Positions 38,701 to 51,529 of a stretch of DNA of 64,000 nt are shown piece after piece. This DNA comes from Trichoplax adhaerens. Lineage: Eukaryota > Animalia > Placozoa. The DNA lies in NCBI RefSeq assembly GCF_000150275.1, contig NW_002060973.1, positions 186,001 to 250,000 on the forward strand, written 5' to 3'. Under the pieces are notes generated by a model, which made no database searches, had not been told where the DNA came from, and saw only the letters and a list, made by a program, of their open reading frames with translations. Every line of letters starts with the position of its first letter. Position 1 is the first letter of the stretch. The translations under genes and the position numbers were made by a program.

Positions 38701-40171
38701 CATACCGATTGGTAGCTGTACACTTATATTCTCCAGCATCACTATCTACTACATTGTGTATCACTAAATTTCCATTCGGTTTAACGGTATATTTGTTGTA
38801 CAATAATTTATCAACAAATCCTCCGTCTTTAGTATAAGTCATGTCAGGCCTCGGACCTCCGGTAACAGTACAACGGATGGTAGAACTTTGTCCTCGAAAT
38901 AATGTCGTTTGTGTATATGGGACTTCAACAAATTTGGGCGCTGCTACGGTAACATTCAGCCAGCCCGATGATACTATATTGGAATGCTCATTATAAGCTA
39001 GACAAGAATAGACTTTGGTATCTCCTCTAACAAGACTACGTATGGTCAATGAGCCATTCGCATTGAGAATGTATTTGGTACTTTGGACAATGCGTTGACC
39101 ATTCATATACCACCTATAACCAACGGTAGATCCACTAGCGACGCAAGGCCAATTAAAATCTGATTCGACAGGTTGATCCGTATCACTTATAGCGGTTATC
39201 CATTTAGGATCAACATGAACCTTAAGTCGAGCACTTGCTGTTACTTGACTACCACCAGAAATGGCTGTGCACTGATAGACACCATCATCGACTTCTGCAA
39301 TGTCTTTTAGGACGAGATGGCGACCATATTGTTCAAATGAATAACGATTAATAGGGAGTGTGCCTGTACTTTTTTGCCATATGATTGTTGGTATAGGATA
39401 ACCGACTGCAATGCATTCTAATATAACTCGTTTTTGGTTAAGATTAGCTATAGTATCATTCGGTGGGACTATGATTGAAGGAGCAACCGCTGGAACAGCA
39501 TTAATAGTAAAATTCAAGTATTGTTCACCACCCGTGTTTCGAGTTTCTGATGACGAGCTACTCTTAGGATCGAATACATTAAATATGGTATTGCAACGAT
39601 AAGTCCCAGTATTATTCTTCCAACCTGATATAAATATTAAATCTCCTGCATATATACTTAGTGCAACACGTTCACTTTGAGCAATAACAGAATTATCAGC
39701 CATAGTCCAATAAATTAGATCGGGTCTTGGTGATGTTTCAGATGGGATTTGACAATGCAATCTAGCATTTTGGTTAATTTTGCGATAAAATTTTTCAGAA
39801 ACACCAGGCATAAAAGGTAAAAATCGAATTTGTAAAGTGGCTTCACGGCTGATACTGGTACCAAAGGCATTGGTAGCTAAGCAGACATACTGGCCCGCAT
39901 CCGCTAACACAATTCCGGAAAATGTTAAATTACCACCAGATAATTTAATACGGTTGTCGAATTGGAGATTTTGATCATTATGTCTCCATGCATAGGTAAT
40001 TGTTCCATCACCAGTAGCGGCACAAGGTACAATTACTCCTTCATCATGTGTGCGTGATATTGCGAGTGCATCAACATAATCGATCGGTTGAACAGTAATT
40101 TCAGGAGCTTTTAGTCCCAAGGCTGTAGCGATAATGCTAGTTAACATGAGAAAGATGAAAGATCGATTCAT
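35797..40171 (-). CDS. L1CAM: L1-family cell adhesion molecule (neuroglian/L1CAM/NrCAM-like), copy A: signal peptide, 6 Ig, 5 FN3, TM, ankyrin-binding tail
   Basis: Three exons: 40171-37649, 37309-37126 (ISFWTYDNS..YNFRINAFTEGGDGPFS) and 36932-35797. Signal peptide MNRSFIFLMLTSIIATALG; six Ig domains with C..W..DxGxYxC-type patterns; FN3 repeats; TM WFIALVSSVGGLLVILILVCFV. The tail DSMDQY..FNEDGSFIGEY matches the L1-family FNEDGSFIGQY signature; C-terminus STFV. The symbol denotes the family, not 1:1 orthology. Confidence 0.93.
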
Positions 40172-43100
40172 TTCTATTTAGGTAAAATTAGAGATTGGAT
40201 CGGAAAAAATAGAATAAAAATTTTTCAAGCAGCGAGAAAAAAAATGAGGGGGTGTCGGGTCAGGATCCAGTTATAAAAAGAATATCGGATAAGATACACA
40301 GTTGAAATTTCTCTTATTAAACTTTAGATATTAAGTGAGAAAGTTGTCAATGTGCGGACATATTGTTACAGTTTTCAAGATGACAATGTAGCAAGATGGA
40401 TCGATTTCGACAGGGCGGTAAAGCCACAGTATTAATTGTTTGTCCGCAAAAAGAAAAAAATGGCCGTAATCTGTAATTTAGGACAATTGCAATTTTGATC
40501 AATTGTGTCTATTTTTCCCGTTCTTGATGGTAATCGTTAGCTTCAATTAAAATTCTCCTTTTTTTGGATAGCTTGTTATAACGATTGGACTATCCAAAGA
40601 TGAAACACCAAAGCTGATGAATGTCGTTAAGACTCTTTTTTTGAAGTTGCTTTTGCTGAAATGATATTTTCTTGGATTAGTGAAAATGGACCATGAGAAA
40701 GGTTACTTGTGTAGAGGTTGAGAAGAATAGGCTTTTTTTCTAGATAAGAAAATAACTGCAGGGTATATTAATAGGGATAGGCTCTTCACTGCATACTAAT
40801 CGTTTTGTATGGTTGCTAATAACGCATCTCCATTGAAATTTGATTGATGGATATTAATGAATTATAATTAATTATTTATTTGACAACAACAAAATTGTTC
40901 AATTGTTGATTGACCGCCTTCACTTCAATTTCGTTTATTCTGATGAAATCTAAAAGTCTATTATTCATAAGTATGGTATGCGGCAGGTGACACAGAATAC
41001 TTAAAAAAACAAATGGAGTAATTAGTTGGGTCAAAAGAATGACGAGAGTAATGACTCAAATGATGCACAGCTCCTAATTCTTAACCCGTCAATGCTACTC
41101 CATTTGACGTCAAATTTTTCACACCTTCTATCAGTTATGCAAAGTACTGTAGTACTGAGAAGCGATGACTCGTCTTTAAACCATGCTAAAGAGAGTTTTA
41201 TTTATCATTTATTACACTACAAAGTGCCAAGATATCAAGATTACCCCGGAAGTATATGCTATTTGCTATATGATTCGATTCCGTTACATGATGTTATGAT
41301 AACTCTTCCTTAACCATGCAACCTTGAAAAATATCAGAAGATCTTCGTAATTAAAGGAAGGTACTTAAATTCATTAGAAACTGACTAACAGAACTAGCTC
41401 ACTGCACTACTCGTTAGCTTTCACTACTAACCCTCTTATATTAAGGCATTTTCAACTGTCATTCTTTTTATTGCGTTCGATCTCTCTCCACCCATTTTTT
41501 GAGTCATTGCTAAAGCAAAAAAAAATCATAATAGCTCTTGTATACGTAAAAGTGGATTCTTTGTTACCATCACTTAATGTTGATATTGTTGGTGCTAATG
41601 ACGGTAAATAAAAGAAAGGGATCATCTTCAATTGATTGGCTAGTCATGCATCTTGGTCCTCCTGCTAATATTTCAATAAAGTTGGAGTTGATTAATGATT
41701 TGAAGTATTCTTTTAACTCCATGGCCACATTTGTTAGTCAAAAGAAATAAAGTTCACCCAGCTAAGAATACAATATACTTTCTTGGGTGTATTATTATAA
41801 CATAAATTTTTCGGCTATGCTCAAAGCAGTTAACTCTGCCCTAGTGAATACTGGAAGTGTTTACCTATTTTTCTATATCAAATTAGGAATAGAAAAGAAA
41901 ATACTAATGAAAGACGAATTTTAAAAGATATATGTAACAAACGCTCATTCATTCTCCAAGTTGGATAGTTACCTTCGTATAAAATAAATACTTGGAAGGA
42001 TTAAATGTAATTTAAAAATTGTTAGTCGTAATTTTACTATAATGTAATTGAGCTCCATCATTATTATCTGCATCAGCGATATATTACTGCTTCTTATTGT
42101 TTTCATAACATTTTTTTTCATTATTTTAATATTTATAATAGCTATAATGGCCCGATTGCTGTATCTATCTCCTTACTATTGTATGCAGCTACATGATCAA
42201 TTTTGATTACTACGGTAGTCATTCATCAGATTGGAAGTAAGACTTTTTGATCCAAATATTAGACTGTAGTAATAAAGTTTTATTTGCTAATAGAGATATA
42301 AGGAAATATGGCTATCGTCTTATGATACCTATCGTATTTTAACTTGTTTTATAATTAACAAGAATCCTTTTTAATTTATGGTAAATTAGCAACAACTCAA
42401 GAAATGACAGTCAGGGCGATACTAGTGCAGGCATTTTCTAAATTCTCATCTTCCGACTAATTATATGTATACTGTATTATCAACATTAATTTCGCTTGAC
42501 ATTATTGTTCTTCTCCTAAAAAATTTTAGTCGTACGATTCCATGGATCTTCATTACCAATCGGGATCATTGCCAATAGAACTAGCAAGACTTTTGCTTGA
42601 CAATGAATGAATGATGGGCGCTTACATGTCCCCACAATTCTATCCATTAGCTTCCTACTTGTGCAATCCGATTAGAACATAAAGGTTCATTGTCCTTAAT
42701 GGATTACTCTAAATCGCTGTTATAATTAGATTAATCAGGAAGAACAAATTAACAGTAAATTGAAATTAATGGTCAAAACATCCGACGAAATTCCGGGATA
42801 TTCATTTCAATAAAATATCTTTATGGGGTAATTAATGCCACTAAATGACAGCATTAGATATTGAATTTAGATAATGAATACATTCGGATGAATTGATAAA
42901 TTAAGCTCCATCGATGGTATCAAAATGGATCCGCGATAGCTAAACTCGAAATGTTTGATAGCGTAGCGTATCTGCAGATTGATTGGCAGTTTTCAAACTC
43001 AATGAGCAGATATACGAGTAATCAATACAGCGATGCTAAATAGAAGAATCGTCGAGATTTATAGCCGGAAAAGCGTCTCTTTCATAGAGAATATGCTACT

Positions 43101-46069
43101 ATATCTAATCCATTCTGTAGGCGATTACTGACCGATTTGGAAGTAATTTCCCACAGATAATCTGATTTACTATGATAATAGCTTAACGATTTGCACATTA
43201 CATTCAGAATTGACCAGATAATGACTAAAAGCTGCCAGAATTAGACCTCCATCGATAAGAACTTTTTATTGTCACTATAACAATTGATAGATAGTAACGA
43301 CTCCTTGGATTAGACTGTACAATAATGAATGACAAGATTGCTGCGATTTCATCGCTAATTTATTATTAATTAATTTGTACTATCTAGCCCTAAGTTTTAC
43401 TGTTAGAGTTCTATCACGATGATTGAGGCCACTCATGACTAGCTTTAGGATAGCTTTCCGCGATTGAGTTAACCAGCATTATCGAATCATTCGCTGCTGT
43501 AATTGAATAACTACAACAGTTTTCAATACTAGTAGTCATAAATACAGCCTTTAAATAGTGATGAAAACATTAGATGAAGTAACACCTATCTCACTAAGAT
43601 CGAGTAGCAATGACGATTAAAGCCAAGACTAACATGCATGACCTTTAAAGAGTCAACATTACTCTCGTTCAACATTGATTGCAATATAAAAGAGTTGCAG
43701 CAATCAAGTTGCTTTTTTATGATGATAATCTGGAATTGATACGTGATGAGAGAGTAATTATGATTTAATAATACGTCAAGAAAATGATGATGGCTCCGCC
43801 TGTTCTCATTCAGTCAATAAGTTGAAGGCGGATACTCAAAAGACAGTTGGAGTGATGGTTCCGCCTATATCTACCTGATCAATACGATAAAAATGGATAG
43901 TGAGAGTTAATAATAAGAGAAGTCACTATCATCGTGGCCATCAATTCGATGCTGATCTTAGATCCGAGTAAGATAAAACAAAGTTTGATGATTAGATTAA
44001 CTAGCGAACAGTATGGACGACAGTCGTAATTCTATATGTTCCGTTTGATTTAAAGATTGATCCTAAGATTGATCCAATCATCGAGGACGCAATAACCAAT
44101 ATCTGCTAAGGGGGACGATAGAGTGCTCAAACTCTCTGCATTGCTTATAGCAACTGTGTGTAGAAAATTGCATCATCAATATCATTGCGACGATAAAGAG
44201 TTTTTTTCAATTATAATTCTACCTAGGAATGGTGCATTAATGTTATGACTAAACGTGGCGATAAATAATATTGATTTAGAACTGTATCAAACTTACTCTT
44301 TCTCAGAAATGGAGACAAAGCATATAGTGTCCGTGATCAAGAGAATTCAATTTAATTCTAGATTGGTTATATTTCTTTTGTTGAAGAGTTTACTTATTAT
44401 TATTAACAAACGGGCAATGGGTCAAGTTGTCATGAATTCTTTAGTAGTCTCTGGTACAATAGTACCTGGTAGACCATGGTTGCATTGCTCAATCAACTAA
44501 TGAATATTTTATGTGTAATTTTTTTAATTTATTGCTGATTGATAAAGAGTATTGTTCATGATAAAGTGTTGAACAATGTTATCCAATAAAAATCACCGAC
44601 GGTTGATGAATCATATCTAATATTCGGTGTATCAAAGAATCCATTCTTATTGAAGGTCTATTAATTTTAATAAAGTTTATTTCTCTATTTTAGTTGTACC
44701 CTATGTTGTGTTATGATACTATTATATTATTTAGATTGCTCAGTTACCTTTACTTTTGAAATGTATAGAACACTCTTATCCTTTCCAATGACCCTGATGA
44801 CCATGATCGCATGGGAGGGCGCTTACATTTATCCCTCTATGCTTGCTTTAGATCATCTTACTTTCATACTGCTATATATCGCTAGTGCTATATAAGTAGA
44901 AAGGCCAGTCATCACTTCGATAGCTTACGCGTAAAGTAATTTGTACCATTACCTTATATGGGTAAATCTAGTTGTTGCAGGTTTTAATGATGTCAGCTTT
45001 CATCTTTTCCTGTGCCAGATATGTAGGCATATTTAATCACGTAGTATGAGTTGAGAAAATTAATACCGAGGAAAAACTTGAAAGTTACTCGATTATTCAT
45101 ACTTTGCAAGAAACTCAGTTCTGAATAACATGTAATACGACAAGATGGAAATGTACTGTAGATTTAATTATAGTATACCAACAAATTAATTCTATTGTCA
45201 GCTGATCATCACTTCTATTCTACACTCTTCTGCACTATAACATGAAACTATTAAATGGCTGGCCTAATATTTATGCCTAAACACAATTCATCATACAATA
45301 GTAGGACTTATCCTATACGTTCCGTAGCATTTATGTATTGCATACGAGATAAGTTCGATCTACGAGCATTCTGATAGACTTGCCTTAGATTAATCGTTGA
45401 ACTCTACAGGTAGCCGGGCATTAAAATATAAAATAAATTATGCTTCTGGACTGATAAAAGACTATAGGATTAACTTATTCAACTAGTCTAATCTCTAAAT
45501 CAAAAACCCGTAAACTCATCATATTTTGCATATAGCTTCAGTCTATTCAGTAATCTAAGCATTTACTAAAGCAAATTTTGTATCCTAGTTTAGAACTCTT
45601 CGCTCTCTAGAATTAACAATAGTACACAGCTAATCTCTCTATTCTATATATAGAAATCCAGTCAATCAGTTCACTTTCAAAATTAAATGTATAGGTCTAA
45701 TACATAATCTCAGAGTCACATTTGTTAGTTGCAATAGATCAAAGCAAGGTAATAATAAACAATTACGCATTTCTGTAATCTGATCATTTATTGAAACAAG
45801 ACTATTGAATTTTTATACATTCACAATCCTTTAATAAGGATTCTGGACTTTTTCGTACAGTTAAATTTTCAGTAACATAAAAAAAGTCAATTTTGGGTCT
45901 AAAAGTGGATTAAATGGCTTTGAGTTATTCCTAAGTTGTCTAGTTGTAGTCATATCATCGACTGCGATTAAAATTTATCGTCAAGGCATTGGGTTTCTTC
46001 CTATTTCATTGATGTGAAAAAGTTTTTCGTAGTGCTCAATTCCTTATTGCAAGAATATCCTACTATATA

Positions 46070-49000
46070 TCAGATTAGGTGGCGCTCTTTTCGATTTTGG
46101 TTTATCTGAACGACACGAATATAAGCAAAGTAAATCACTGATATAACTATTAATCCGCCAAATGAAATTAATAAAGCTATGAACCAAGTTTGGTGATGAA
46201 GTATCGGTCCCATGCTTTCTGAAGGCTTTGTTATAACATTAATTTCGTTACTGTATAAATCTAAATGACTTGCACTTAAAGCGAAAATACGAAATGTATA
46301 TGTTGTTGATGGTGCTAAGCCAGTTACTGTATAATAGCGCACTTCTGGCCCTAACATTCCGCTCACATTTTTAAACAAATAAGAGGAGAGTTTATATTGA
46401 ACAACAATACTTGACCGATAATGTCTCCAACAGTCCAAGATAAATGAATAAAAGTTCGTTCAATAGCAGTCGCTGCTAGCCTGATCGGTGCTAAGATATT
46501 AGCAACTTTATGCCGAATAGTTACTGGAACACCGTAACCATGGATATTGCGTGCAGCAATAGTAAATTGGTAAATGCCTAATTTCATGTTATTTAAAATG
46601 GCTGAGGTCTCGTTTCCTGTAGTATTCTTGGCGATAGTTTTTCTTGAGTTGCTTTGGTTACCAATTAATTTATAATTAATTTGATAAGATTGAATGATGC
46701 CATTAGTAATAGCGGGTGCCAGCCACTGCAGAATTAGCTGATGTGATAACATCTGGGAAGATGTAAAGTTGGATATTGAATCTGTAAAAACAGGATGATG
46801 CTCTTCAATATTTAGGAATAAAGTTGTAGCTTTTAATGCAGTAATTAGTCACGATATCTATTTGATAGAATATATTTAATTAGCATAATTGAGTAACTTA
46901 TTATACTATTCAATTTAATAGCTCTTGTTATTCACGCAATTTCTAGAGAATATCATTCTAACTTGCAGTGTTAGTCGGTTCCAACAGATATCATAGATTA
47001 TTATTTATCTCACTCTCTCAAATCATAATTTTAATTCTTTTTATATCTCTGTATGGAATAAGGAAATGCAACCTAATCTCTGATTCTACTGCTGAACTTT
47101 AATTGTATCCTTTTACAACAGATATCATGAAGCTACTTATATTAATTTTATTTTAGAGAATATCCATTCCACCTATTAAATTGCCCTATTTCATCAGATG
47201 ATGGATTATTAATTATAACTTCTTTTAACTGTATTAATATTATTTTACCTGGGACTGACCGACTAATGTATTGGCTAACTGTTTGCGAAAGCAAGCCATC
47301 ACCACCACAGTTAAATGCATTTATTCGAAAATGATAGCTAAAGTTATGCTTTAAATGATTCATAGTTGCTACGTTGACATCGCCTAAAGTTTGGGTCTTG
47401 GCAATGGATTGATCATACGTCCAATATGAGATCTAAAAGGATTCGGTAGTAGAATAAAAATGACTATCAACTAATTAGTCAGTGACAACTATAAACTTAA
47501 TCGATATCGTCATTAAAGACCTTGATATACATCTATTAAATAGTCTTGAATGCGCTACCACTTAATAACATCTTCGCAAAGGGTACAGGTAGTATAAATC
47601 ATTAAATGCGGTAACCTTGAATATGCAAAGGCAATAATATTTTTGCTACGGACAAAGCAAGTATGATATTACGGTTATTACTTAATTACTATTGCTAGTT
47701 CATCAGAATTGCTATTTAAGACTGTGATGTGAACGTATTCAATGATCTCGAATGTGCAGATCTATAGAAATTATAGTAATTGGGTAGATATTAATATCAA
47801 TTTTATTAGCAATCCTATTTACGGCATCTATACTTGTATATGTTATAGGTGAAATATCTATAATTCTTGAATGTGACTAAAGATGACAACATTTTTGCAA
47901 GGTGCTAAGCATGTATCATAGCCTTAGATACAAAATTTGCAATTAGAAACGAAATCATGATTTACAAATGATAGTCAAGATTTACCATTTCTATGAATAA
48001 GAGAGAATATTATATCGCTTACTCGATATCCTATAATTTTCGTGCCCATCGAGTTTCCTAAGGCATCCGTTGACCAAACTAACTTTACGCTATCGTTACC
48101 AATAACATAGACCTGAAAGTGTTCAGGTATTAAGGTAGGTGCTGCAACACCTGTCTTAACAGTAACAGTGTGCGTCCATTCTTTCCCCAATCCAATATCA
48201 TTAAATGGCCGCAATCGCAGCTTGTAAACAGTATTCTCCAATACACCCGTTAGACGATAAGAGCCATTATTGCCAATATTAATAAAAGACCATGATGATG
48301 AAATTGCTTGTGGCTTAAATTCAAGTAGGTTATAAATATGTGGACCGTTCATTTCGTCTCGTGATAATGGCTTATAGCGAATTTCGATAATAGCTCCATC
48401 TGCTGTTCCACTGCTAGCTCGAAATTCGCCTGGGGAATGATAAGGAATATCCACATCAGTATGAAATGTGAGACTAGGTGTAATTTTGCTAGAACCTACG
48501 CCATTGATAGCAATTAGTTTAAAATGATAATAATTATATGGCGATAGATTTACTCGATGAAATGTAGCCCAAGGTGGTACATCATTTATTGCTACTCTCC
48601 ATGGATCATTGCTCAAGCGATTCGAATTGACTCGATAGGTTAAGCCATATCTTAATAATGGACTGTTATTAGAATTACCAGGCAGCCATGATAACACTGC
48701 CGATGATGCATTCACCTGGTTATATCTAAAATCGCTTGGACTATCTGGTATATCATGAACCGTTAACATAGCTGATGATGATTGCGTTTCATAGCCAGCG
48801 AAAGGCACGTGAGTAGCAACGAAACATGAAAATCGTCCCGAATCACCCAGCGAACTGCTGGAATAAGTTAATGTTGTGGTTAAACCGTGAACATTTAATA
48901 CAGCTTTCTGTGTTGTAATGTTTTTACCTTCTTTTTGCCAATAAAATACTACATTCAGGCTGGGATCCTTTTGAATTTGGCATGATAAAATAAATCCTTG

Positions 49001-50569
49001 TGGCCGACGTACAAAAGTCTTGGTGAGAGATTTTGTAAATGTTGTTGCAATCTTGATCACAGCACTACCCGATACTTCAGCAGTTCCATAACGATTGCTG
49101 GCGATGCACTTGTATACTCCAGCATCGCTATCTTGCACATGATGGATGATTAAATTGCCATTTAGTTGGGCCGTATACTTATTATGTAATTGTCTATCTA
49201 TGGTTCTTCCATTTTTAGTGTACTCTACAGTCGGGCGAGGACCACCAGTCACTGTACAACGAAGAGTGGCATTTTGTCCTCGAAAAAAGGTTGCTTGCGT
49301 GTATGGACTCTTAATAAAAGTAGGTGCTGCTACTATGACGTTAAGATAGCCCGATGAAACAATATTGGAATGGTTATTGTAGCCTTGGCAAGAGTAAACT
49401 GCAGCATCTGAAGGAGAAAGGTGGCGTATCGTTAAGGATCCGTTGGCATGAAGGTTATATTGCGGACTACCACTAATACGTTGACCGTTACGGTACCATT
49501 TATACTTAATGTCGAATCCACTCACTGAGCAAGGCCAAATAAAATCCGATCCAATCGGTTGATTTGTATTTGTAATGGAAGCTTTCCATCGAGAATCGAT
49601 TGCAACCCTAAGTTTAGCGCTAGCACTAACTTGTTTGAAGCCCGAAAATGCTATACATTGATATTCTCCTGCATCGGCTTCTTGGATGTATTTGAGTACA
49701 AGATGTCGACCGAATTTTTCAATCGAGTAGCGGTTATTAGGTAAAGGACCCAATTTCTTTTGCCACAGAATTGTTGGAATAGGATAACCTGTCGATATAC
49801 ATTCTAATATAACTCGAACCTGGCCAAGTATGGCTATAATATCAGTCGGTCCTTCTTCAATTTTAGGGGCAAAACTAGGCGTAGCAGACGTGGGGATTTT
49901 GAAATAAACATGTTGAGCAGCACCAGTAAGTTTAATTTTTGTTGAAGATCCCGTAGTTGGATCGAATAATTTGAAAATTACATTACATTTATACGATCCA
50001 GTGTTGTTTTGCCAACCTGCAATAAAGATTAGATCGCCATCGTATTCATTTATGGCGATAGAAGTTGTTTCTGGTACTCTACTGTCATCACTTGCAGTCC
50101 AATAAATTTGACTCGGTTTGGGCATACGCGTAGTTTGATTGGAAATTTGGCACCTTAAACGAGCACTGCCATAACTAGATTGGATGATATTTTCAGAAAT
50201 ATTGCGAAGAGAATGTACAACGCTAACCTGAAGAGTAACTTCACGACTGATACTTGTGCCGTAGAGGTTGCTAGCCAAACAGATGTATTTACCATCATCA
50301 CTTGCAGTAATATTCGCCACGCTTAAATTTCCATCAAGAATTTTAATACGGTCATCTAATTGAATAGGATTACCGTTATGTCGCCAGGCGTAGGTAATAT
50401 TGCCACTTCCAGTAGTTTGACAAGGGATAACTACTTTGCCACTACCGGTGGAATAAATTGCGTGCTCGTTCATAAAATCAATTGGTTGTATAGTTATAGT
50501 AGGAGAGTGCAATGCAAGAGCAAGGGTACTAGTAGCCAGAACGAAGGCAAGCAGAGATCGCTTCATCAT
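46070..50569 (-). CDS. L1-family paralogue, copy B: 6 Ig + FN3, 1-nt frameshift in the last FN3 and no FIGxY tail (possible pseudogene, secreted form or sequence error)
   Basis: Same three-exon layout as copy A: 50569-48023 (MMKRSLLAFVLATSTLALA...), 47432-47249 (ISYWTYDQS..HFRINAFNCGGDG) and an exon starting at 46781. Similarity to A switches frame at ~46410 (ORFs 46363-46752 and 46070-46438). The TM WFIALLISFGGLIVISVIYFAYI is followed by only ~14 residues before the stop. Confidence 0.85.
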
Positions 50570-51529
50570 TTGATTTTCTCTTCTGTAAAGGAAAATACGC
50601 GTATACAGAGAAGGTAACCGCAGAAGGTATGCCACGCTTTCCAGCAATATTGGCACTCAATCAACCTAGAAGATTACGCGATAATGAAGAAACTTGGATT
50701 CTTTACATTTTTCCTTAATTCATTTCGAAGTAAAAACTGTAGTTTTAAAAATGGTGCCAATATTATTTATTAGAAGACACAAGCAGATATAGAAAAGCTA
50801 GATGATGATGATATTCTTTTATGTAATTAGATTAACGCGAGCATAAGAATATCTTGTCAGTTCTAAAAATGATCGATGATCGATTTTTTGTAGGCCGTAT
50901 CGATCCCAGGCTGACAGAAAGTAGTGGATCAAGATCAGTTATTGGCGGTTTTCAGTTACTAATGGCAATTAAGGATTAGATTGATGGAACTCGAGCTAAT
51001 ACCTATAAGAGCTGATTTTAAAGATACAAAATCATTTACTCTTTAAACTTCCTATAGTTTAGTCTAAGACAGTTCTCAATTTAACAATTGAAGGCGATTA
51101 TTGTTGCCTACCAGAACTACAGCGAAAGCAATTGTTAGTAACCACCTGTTAAGGTAGCATAAAACCAATCTTGAAGATGCATTCAACAACCGTCCTTCTT
51201 CAATGCCTTAACTAACCGAATTCGCATTGATCGTGTTGACCCAATTAATAAATACGTATAAATTTAAAATTTCAGTGCAACATGCCTAAGATTTATGTAA
51301 ATTATAAAATGCTGTTTTCTTCCACGTGAATGGTACCTTCTTTCTACAATCTACTACTTTCTTAATTAAAATAATCACTATTGTTTTACGATTCAATAAA
51401 GTTGTTATTACTTCTAGTTTCCGCGTATGTACAGGTACAGCAATGCTATATGCATATGTAAAAGTTGCTCCTTTATCCAATACAAACCGAAAATTGAATT
51501 CATATTGCAGTAAATTTCAGCCGTTTGAT

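Noticed and set aside
40200-45800. Gene or transposon between L1 copies A and B
   Set aside because: Only short ORFs without recognisable motifs, and no terminal repeats or transposase/RT signatures were seen.
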